From an uncultured Alphaproteobacteria bacterium (GTDB taxonomy: Bacteria; Pseudomonadota; Alphaproteobacteria; HIMB59; GCA-002718135): a stretch of 45,022 nt of DNA. The stretch lies in the NCBI GenBank assembly GCA_902619045.1, contig CACNCX010000003.1:1-45022 (forward strand), given 5' to 3'. Under the pieces are notes generated by a model. It saw only the letters and a program-made list of their open reading frames with translations, searched no databases and had not been told where the DNA came from. Below are positions 38,747-45,022 of this stretch, piece after piece (position 1 is the stretch's first letter; each line of letters begins with the position of its first letter). The translations under genes were made by a program, and so were the position numbers.

Positions 38747-39695
38747 TTCAAAAGCTCACATATGGTTTATTGCACCAGCAATCATACTGATGATAATTAT
38801 TTTAATCTTTCCTCTTTTTCTTGCAGGAGGAATTTCTTTTACTGACTACAATTTAGGAAACAAAACATTCGAGTGGGTTGGACTAGAAAATTATGACAAA
38901 ATGTTCAATCGAAAAACATATGTCAAAATGATTTGGGCCACAGCGACGTATGTTATTGTTGTCGTTCCAATTTCTGTTGTACTTGGATTATGTGCTGCTA
39001 TGCTCTTAAACTCACTAAGGTTTGGCGCTGATATATATAAAACAATTTTTTTTCTTCCAGTTATGGCAACTCTTCTTGCAATGGCAATTGCATGGGAATT
39101 TACTCTTCATCCAACATTAGGAATTGTAAATAGTTTTTTAGCGAATGGATGTGGAGGAGTTAGGGAATTCATTCTTGGTTTTCATTGGTTGCCATGGGTA
39201 GACTCACAAGAAAGCTGGTACGCTATAGCATGTGCAAACAACATGGATTTTCCATATTGGTTAAAACAAAAAAATACTGCGATTTGGACAGTATGTTTCA
39301 TAGGAATTTGGCAGGCTTTTGGTTTTAATATGGTTTTATATTTAGCTGGCTTAACAAGTATACCAAGGGAGTTATACCAAGCTGCAGAAATGGACGGGGC
39401 TAAATCTACATGGGAGCAATTTAAACTTGTTACATGGCCAATGCTTGGTCCAACAACGTTGTTTGTTGTCACTATTACTACCATTAGAACATTTCAGGTA
39501 TTTGATACCATCGAAATACTTACTAAAGGTGGTCCATCAAAAACAACATATGTCATGATGTATGCAATTTTTGAAAAAGCTATTCAACAAAACTTAACAA
39601 GTATCGGTGCAGCAATCACTGTTGTCTTTATTGGATTTATTCTTGTGTTAACGTTTTTCCAAAGATATGTCATTGAGAAGAGGGTTCATTATTAA
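38739..39695 (+). CDS. ABC transporter permease (UgpA/MalF-like)
   Basis: GLENY, LAGLTSIPRELYQAAEMDGA (EAA motif), VTWPML. Confidence 0.9.
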   Translation: MHNSKAHIWFIAPAIILMIIILIFPLFLAGGISFTDYNLGNKTFEWVGLENYDKMFNRKTYVKMIWATATYVIVVVPISVVLGLCAAMLLNSLRFGADIYKTIFFLPVMATLLAMAIAWEFTLHPTLGIVNSFLANGCGGVREFILGFHWLPWVDSQESWYAIACANNMDFPYWLKQKNTAIWTVCFIGIWQAFGFNMVLYLAGLTSIPRELYQAAEMDGAKSTWEQFKLVTWPMLGPTTLFVVTITTIRTFQVFDTIEILTKGGPSKTTYVMMYAIFEKAIQQNLTSIGAAITVVFIGFILVLTFFQRYVIEKRVHY

Positions 39696-40588
39696 TGGAA
39701 GCTAAACAATATATTGGGGAAGGTTGGAAGCATGCAATCTTAATTATTGGTGCTATCGTAGTGATGCTTCCTTTTTATATGATGGTTTCTATGTCATTAA
39801 AATCTCAGCAAGAAATCCAATCAATTTCTGGTGGTCTTATTGGTGCGCAAGAAACTCAAACGTTTCCCGTATGTGTTAAAACTGGTTATTCAGAAGAAAC
39901 ATGTACAATGAAGCCATATCAATACAACTATTGGTTTGCATTTGAAAAAGCCCCTATTCCTAGATACTTAATGAATGGTGTCATTGTTACTTTATCAATC
40001 TTCATTATTCAGGTTTTAGTCGCCTTACCGTGCGCATATGCACTCGCCAAGTTACGGTTTTACGGACGAGAATTTGTTTTCTCGATGGTTTTATTTTGCT
40101 TGCTCATTCCAGTTCATGGAATTGCACTTCCATTATATGTTATGTTGGCCCAGGCAGGATTAGTTGACACCTATTCCGCCTTAATACTCCCCTGGACAAT
40201 ATCGGTGTTTGGAATCTTTTTAATGCGGCAATTCTTTATGACTGTGCCCGATGAATTAATTGATGCCGCCAGGATGGATGGTATGGGAGAGTACGCAATC
40301 GTATGGAAAGTAATGCTTCCAACTGCAATACCAGCGTTACTTGCTTTTGCAATATTCTCAGTTGTTGCACACTGGAATGATTATTTCTGGCCACGTATGG
40401 TAATAACAGGAAATAGAGATCTCTTTACTCCGCCGCTTGGTATAAGAGAATTCAGAGGTGGAATTGATAGTGACGAATTTGGTCCTATGATGGCTTCGAT
40501 AGTTACTGTAACTGTTCCTCTTATTGTTGCTTTTATAATCGCGCAAAAACGATTTATTGAAGGAATTACTTTGACAGGCATGAAGTAA
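39695..40588 (+). CDS. ABC transporter permease (UgpE/MalG-like)
   Basis: FLMRQFFMTVPDELIDAARMDG, WNDYFWP, QKRFIEGI. Confidence 0.9.
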   Translation: MEAKQYIGEGWKHAILIIGAIVVMLPFYMMVSMSLKSQQEIQSISGGLIGAQETQTFPVCVKTGYSEETCTMKPYQYNYWFAFEKAPIPRYLMNGVIVTLSIFIIQVLVALPCAYALAKLRFYGREFVFSMVLFCLLIPVHGIALPLYVMLAQAGLVDTYSALILPWTISVFGIFLMRQFFMTVPDELIDAARMDGMGEYAIVWKVMLPTAIPALLAFAIFSVVAHWNDYFWPRMVITGNRDLFTPPLGIREFRGGIDSDEFGPMMASIVTVTVPLIVAFIIAQKRFIEGITLTGMK

Positions 40589-40602
40589 ATTCTTATCTAC
40601 TG

Positions 40603-41451
40603 ATGGCATTGTCAGTAAATTTTATTTTTATCTTAATTCTTGTATCTGCTCTATGTCATGCAGTTTGGAGTGCTATAATAAAATCAAGTAAGAACCCTTT
40701 ATCGTTAATGGGTATAACATCTGTCTTAGAAGTTACTATTTTTTTACCTTTGACATTTACTGTTCCATTTCCAACTTTAGAGGTTTGGTATTTTTTAATT
40801 GCAACCGTCATCATTCATGTCATTTATAGATTAAATGTAATTTATTCTTATAGATACGGAGATCTTTCGTACATATATCCAATTTCTAGAGGAAGTTCAT
40901 GTTTGTTTGTAGCGATCATTAGTATTTTATTTTTAAGTTCTGATATTAGCGTTGCTGGTTTTGTAGGAATATTAATTGTTTGTATTGGATTATTTTTAAT
41001 TTCTTATTCTAAAAATTTATCTTTTAACTTCAGAGGTTTTGCTCTCGCAATATCAACGGCTATTCTAATTACTGCTTACACTTTAGTTGACGGGGTCGGG
41101 GTTAGACTTTCTGAAAATGGTTTTTCCTATATTTACTGGCTCTTCACACTTAATGGAATACCTTTACTAATTATTGGTTTGATCTCGAAAGATGGTTTAC
41201 GAAAAAAAGAAACGTACACTTTTAGATCGGGGATTGCTGCTGGTGTATTTGCAACAAGTAGTTATGCGATTGTTGTTTGGAGTATGCAATTTATAGAAAT
41301 AGCTTATGTCTCTAGTATTAGAGAAATAAGCATTGTGTTTGCTGCAATTATTGGAATGCTTTTCTTATTTGAGAAGAATGCAAAATCTCGAATAATACCT
41401 TCTATTTTAATAGTGAGTGGTATTTCGGTTGTTTATTTTCAAATTCTTTGA
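40603..41451 (+). CDS. EamA/DMT-family transporter
   Basis: SALCHAVWSAIIK, YRYGDLSYIYPISRG, YTLVDGVGVR, SIREISIVFA; ~10 TM segments. Confidence 0.85.
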   Translation: MALSVNFIFILILVSALCHAVWSAIIKSSKNPLSLMGITSVLEVTIFLPLTFTVPFPTLEVWYFLIATVIIHVIYRLNVIYSYRYGDLSYIYPISRGSSCLFVAIISILFLSSDISVAGFVGILIVCIGLFLISYSKNLSFNFRGFALAISTAILITAYTLVDGVGVRLSENGFSYIYWLFTLNGIPLLIIGLISKDGLRKKETYTFRSGIAAGVFATSSYAIVVWSMQFIEIAYVSSIREISIVFAAIIGMLFLFEKNAKSRIIPSILIVSGISVVYFQIL

Positions 41452-41495
41452 GGAAAAAATATAGACTTTTTGTACGAAAATTTTATATGACTTTT

Positions 41496-41657
41496 ATGAC
41501 TGAGGATATTGTGGAAGTGGATCCAAAAACCGAAACTATCTCTTGCGATGGTGGTGAAGATGGTTTAGGACATCCCGCAGTTTATTATACCTTCAATAAT
41601 GAGAACAAAATTGTTTGTGGTTATTGTGGTAAAATATTTATAAAAAAAGAAGAGTAG
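41496..41657 (+). CDS. zf-CHCC zinc-finger domain protein
   Basis: SCDGGEDGLGHPAVY...CGYCG. Start placed at ATG 41496 (MTEDIV) rather than the TTG at 41448. Confidence 0.8.
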   Translation: MTEDIVEVDPKTETISCDGGEDGLGHPAVYYTFNNENKIVCGYCGKIFIKKEE

Positions 41658-41659
41658 AA

Positions 41660-42013
41660 ATGTACAAAGAATCTTGGGGTTTAAAAAGAATATGTCCTAT
41701 GTGTAGTAAGCAATACTACGACTTAGGAAGAACCGAATTGGAATGTCCTGAGTGTGGTAAAGAAATTGAAGTTACTACAATGACTAGACCAAGACGTGGA
41801 AGAAAACCTGGAAGTACTAATGCTGCTCCTTTAACTAATCCTATTCCTCCAAAACCAAAAGAAAAAGATGATGAACTTGATATCGATAATTTGGATTTGG
41901 ATAACAACGAAGACAATCTTGAGGATGATACTGTTTTATTAGAAGATGAAACAGAAATTGATCCAATAGCCGAAGGTATTAAACCTAAAGAAGACGGCGA
42001 AGAAGAATACTAA
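41660..42013 (+). CDS. FYDLN-acid family protein (TIGR02300-like)
   Basis: WGLKRICPMCSKQYYDL..CPECG followed by an acidic tail. Confidence 0.8.
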   Translation: MYKESWGLKRICPMCSKQYYDLGRTELECPECGKEIEVTTMTRPRRGRKPGSTNAAPLTNPIPPKPKEKDDELDIDNLDLDNNEDNLEDDTVLLEDETEIDPIAEGIKPKEDGEEEY

Positions 42014-42035
42014 AATTTCAATAAAAATTTAGAAG

Positions 42036-43274
42036 ATGTTTAAGGTACTACAAAACACTTGGGCCCTTTTTTTTGGCTTTGCTTTAATTAGTCTTGGTCA
42101 CGGTTTGCAAGGAACACTAATCGGTGTTCGTTCTGTTTTAGAAGGTTTTAGTTTTTTTGCATCAGGACTTATTATAGCTGGTTATTACGTTGGATACTTA
42201 ACTGGCGCGTTAACAATTCCAAGTTTTTTACAACGTGTTGGTCACATAAGAGTTTTTGCTGCTTTAGCATCGCTTGCTTCTATCGCTATATTATTACACT
42301 CAGTATTTGTTCATCCCTATTCATGGATGTTTATACGAATATTAACTGGTTTAAGTCTTGCTGGAATTTATGTAATCATGGAGAGCTGGTTAAATGAAAA
42401 ATCAACTAATCAAACTCGTGGTCAATTACTTTCCGTTTACATGATTATTACTTTTGTATTTGTTGGAGCAGGACAATTTTTATTAAATTTAGGCGATCCA
42501 GCTAAAGTTGATTTATTTATTTTAGTATCAATCTTATTATCATTCGCACTTCTTCCTATTCTTTTATCTTCAACAGAACAACCTAATACAGAAAGTCCTA
42601 AATTTTTTTCTTTAAGAGAATTTTATACTGTTTCACCTTTAGGTTTTGTTGGCGCATTAGCTACTGGTTTATCGCATAGTGCGGTTTTTGGGTACGGTGC
42701 AATTTATGCATCATCTATTAATTTAAGCTTATTTGAAATTTCTCTGTATATGATGATTATAACGTCAGCTGGCGCCCTATCTCAATGGCCTATTGGGTAT
42801 TTGTCAGATAGAATTGATAGACGTATTATTCTTATTGGTGTTTCTTTTATGGCTTCAGGTTTGAGTTTATTTTTTGTTTTTGCAAACTTTATGCCACTAA
42901 CATTGTTCTTAATTTTTGCTGGTCTTTTTTCAGTTGCATGTTTACCAATGTATTCACTTACAGTTGCTCATACAAATGACTTTTTACAACCTAATGAGAT
43001 AGTATCAGCAAGTGCAACCTTTGGTATACTTATTGGTATTGGATCAATTATCGGACCTTTGTTTGTTTCTGGATTCATGGAAATTTTAGGAGCGGTAGGT
43101 TTTTACATCTATTTATTTTTAATACATGGACTGCTAGGACTGTTTGGTTTGTATAGAATGACACAAAGAACTAAACCACGTGATCTTGAATCACAATACA
43201 ATCCTTTACCACGAAATATTAGTCCTGCCGGTATGGAAATGAACCCCGTTACTGAGCCAACTGAGGACGAGTAA
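42036..43274 (+). CDS. MFS transporter (YcaD-like)
   Basis: RVGHIRVFA, ESWLNEKS..RGQLLSVY, QWPIGYLSDRIDRR; 12 TM segments. Confidence 0.85.
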   Translation: MFKVLQNTWALFFGFALISLGHGLQGTLIGVRSVLEGFSFFASGLIIAGYYVGYLTGALTIPSFLQRVGHIRVFAALASLASIAILLHSVFVHPYSWMFIRILTGLSLAGIYVIMESWLNEKSTNQTRGQLLSVYMIITFVFVGAGQFLLNLGDPAKVDLFILVSILLSFALLPILLSSTEQPNTESPKFFSLREFYTVSPLGFVGALATGLSHSAVFGYGAIYASSINLSLFEISLYMMIITSAGALSQWPIGYLSDRIDRRIILIGVSFMASGLSLFFVFANFMPLTLFLIFAGLFSVACLPMYSLTVAHTNDFLQPNEIVSASATFGILIGIGSIIGPLFVSGFMEILGAVGFYIYLFLIHGLLGLFGLYRMTQRTKPRDLESQYNPLPRNISPAGMEMNPVTEPTEDE

Positions 43275-43854
43275 GTCTTTTAAATATTCTATGAAGTAAT
43301 AAGAGGATAATTATTCCCATATAAATGACTGGTTCGGTTTTATCAGCGCGAACTAGAACATAAAAATGCATACTAGCCAGAATGGCTACTGGGTAAATTA
43401 AATAATGAATTTTCTTCCATAATTTAAAACCTAATCGTTTAATCATATTGTTTGTTGAAGTGCTAGCAAGTGGGATTAAAAAAAGAAAACTTATAAAACC
43501 AAAAGTTATAAATGGTCTTTTTATAATATCTTGTATGATAAATTGCATATCTAAAAAATGATCTAAAACTATGTAAGTGGAGAAATGCAAACAGACATAA
43601 TAGAAAGCAAAAAGTCCAATCATTCTTCGTAATACAACTATCGATTTTAAAGGTTTAATATTTGATAGAGTAGTAATCATAAGAGTTATTATTATTAATC
43701 TAAGTGCCATTAGACCTAACTCATCCATTAGTTTTTCAATTGGATTTACTCCAAGATTTCCAGTAACAAATTGGTACGCCCAGAGTAGACTAGGAAATAA
43801 AATTAAAATAAATAAGACAGGTTTACTGCGATTAAAATTTCTTGTTGAAAACAT
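43249..43854 (-). CDS. msrQ: Heme-binding membrane subunit MsrQ
   Basis: RRMIGLFAFYYVCLH, KRPFIT.G, PLASTS, WKKIHYLIY. Confidence 0.92.
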   Translation of the reverse strand: MFSTRNFNRSKPVLFILILFPSLLWAYQFVTGNLGVNPIEKLMDELGLMALRLIIITLMITTLSNIKPLKSIVVLRRMIGLFAFYYVCLHFSTYIVLDHFLDMQFIIQDIIKRPFITFGFISFLFLIPLASTSTNNMIKRLGFKLWKKIHYLIYPVAILASMHFYVLVRADKTEPVIYMGIIILLLLHRIFKRLTRPQLAQ

Positions 43855-43857
43855 TCA

Positions 43858-44775
43858 TTAATAAAATTTAGTCAAATCTAAATCTTTATAGAGATGTGCT
43901 ACTTCTTCTTCATAGCCATTAAACATAAGTGTTTCTCTTCTTTTAAACTCTCCAATTCGTCTCTCTGTTCCTTGACTCCATCTTGGATGATTAACATTAG
44001 GATTAACATTAGCATAAAAACCATATTCCCAAGGAGCTAAAGTTTCCCAAGATGTTTCAGGTTGAGTATCTAAAAATCTAATTTCCACAATTGATTTAAT
44101 TGATTTGAAACCATACTTCCATGGAACAACTAATCTTATGGGTGCGCCATTTTGATTAGGCATTTCATGACCATACAATCCAGTTGCTAATATTGTTAAA
44201 GGATTCATTGCTTCATCCATTCGAAGACCTTCTCTATATGGCCAAATAATTGTTCTCTTTTGCTGACCTGGCATTTCTTCAGGTCTGAAGACAGTTACAA
44301 ACTGAAGATACTTTGCTGAACTTAAAGGTTCGGCCATTTTTATAAGTTCAGATAACTGAAAACCTTGCCAAGGAATAACCATGGACCATGCTTCAACGCA
44401 TCTTAATCTATAAACCCTATCTTCTATTGTTACATTTGATAAAATTTTTTCTAAATCAAATGTTTGAGGCTTTTTCACAAGACCATCTATTTTTATTGTC
44501 CATGGCCTAGGTTTAAAATTTCCAGAATTTAAATGAGGATGTTTTTTATGAGTCCCAAACTCATAAAAATTATTGTAGGTTGTGATTTCTTCGTAAGAAT
44601 TAAGCTTATCGTTTTCATTTAGATTTTTAGTATAAATTGAAAGATCACTATCGTGGTTTGCAAATGCTGATGAGGTAACCGTTGCTACCATGGCGCTAGC
44701 TAAAGATCCCTTTATAAACTTACGTCTATTTAAATATGTCTTATAGGGTGTGATTTCAGATCCTAAAATTTTCAT
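43858..44775 (-). CDS. msrP: Periplasmic methionine-sulfoxide reductase MsrP (molybdoenzyme)
   Basis: Tat signal NRRKFIK, YNNFYEFG, RLRCVEAWSMVIPW, QNGAPIRLVVPWKYGFKSIKSI. Confidence 0.95.
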   Translation of the reverse strand: MKILGSEITPYKTYLNRRKFIKGSLASAMVATVTSSAFANHDSDLSIYTKNLNENDKLNSYEEITTYNNFYEFGTHKKHPHLNSGNFKPRPWTIKIDGLVKKPQTFDLEKILSNVTIEDRVYRLRCVEAWSMVIPWQGFQLSELIKMAEPLSSAKYLQFVTVFRPEEMPGQQKRTIIWPYREGLRMDEAMNPLTILATGLYGHEMPNQNGAPIRLVVPWKYGFKSIKSIVEIRFLDTQPETSWETLAPWEYGFYANVNPNVNHPRWSQGTERRIGEFKRRETLMFNGYEEEVAHLYKDLDLTKFY

Positions 44776-44826
44776 AATAATAATATATATCTTAAATATT
44801 AAAATTGAAGATTTGCTTCAATAATC

Positions 44827-45022
44827 TTAGCTTTTAAAATGGGAGTTATATTTATTTAGTATTTTTTCTGGCCATGTACTTTTGATAAATTCAAGAATAG
44901 ACCAAACATCGTCATCTGATAACGCATCATTACCAAGCATTTTACCTTCATAATCAGGATTTGATTTTTTAAAACCATATTTAATGACATGAAATAATTG
45001 TGCAGGAGAGTGGTGCCAAGTA
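44827..45022 (-). CDS. c-type cytochrome, C-terminal part (runs off the window edge)
   Basis: Manual translation: TWHHSPAQLFHVIKYG...GKMLGNDALSDDDVWSILEFIKSTWP...*. This matches the TWHH..L...I..G..M....L......I..YIKS.W pattern of small cytochromes c; the CxxCH is outside the window. Confidence 0.65.
   Translation of the reverse strand, partial: TWHHSPAQLFHVIKYGFKKSNPDYEGKMLGNDALSDDDVWSILEFIKSTWPEKILNKYNSHFKS

Noticed and set aside
2152-41916. Short antisense or overlapping ORFs in the track (e.g. 2152-2340, 6613-6909, 7447-7701, 10659-11009, 21017-21728, 27681-28019, 33591-33887, 39182-39484, 41716-41916)
   Set aside because: They lie opposite well-supported genes, have no motifs, and look like shadow frames.
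43249-43274. 26-nt convergent overlap of the MFS gene and msrQ
   Set aside because: Ordinary for a streamlined genome; no additional structure seen.
1-45022. tRNA, rRNA, prophage or anti-phage defence genes
   Set aside because: None recognised. Intergenic gaps are short and AT-rich, and the long ORFs fit other families or, in one case (29972-31078), remain unknown without defence-like motifs.

Overview
AT-rich (roughly 30% GC by eye), very gene-dense window from a streamlined marine alphaproteobacterium. The compact spacers, codon style and protein families suggest a SAR11/HIMB59-like organism, which is an inference. Core genes lie at both ends: miaB, rimI, tsaB, nifU, trpS and murJ on the left; EamA, zf-CHCC, FYDLN, MFS, msrPQ and a cytochrome c on the right. 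Between them is a ~34 kb phosphorus-acquisition island (~7.0-40.6 kb). It holds phoR-pstSCAB-phoU-phoB, two oppositely oriented plcP/glycosyltransferase lipid-remodelling pairs, ppx/sixA/ppk1, arsenic genes (MIP channel, arsC) and DUF47-pit. It also holds a phosphonate cluster (phnZ, phnW, phnY, phnA) mixed with a GpdQ-like phosphodiesterase, an Fe-ADH, a core MetE-like protein, an ureidoglycolate-lyase-like cupin and a split Ugp-like ABC transporter. The intergenic DNA shows a consistent PhoB-type promoter pattern (heptamer-N4-heptamer-N10-TAnnnn) at several operons. The main candidate for a new element is a duplicated ~62-nt hairpin RNA with a CU-rich anti-Shine-Dalgarno-like loop behind such a promoter. 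Its two copies lie in ~196-bp direct repeats that bracket a 3-gene lipid-remodelling cassette. All protein calls come from motifs read by eye; no database searches were run.
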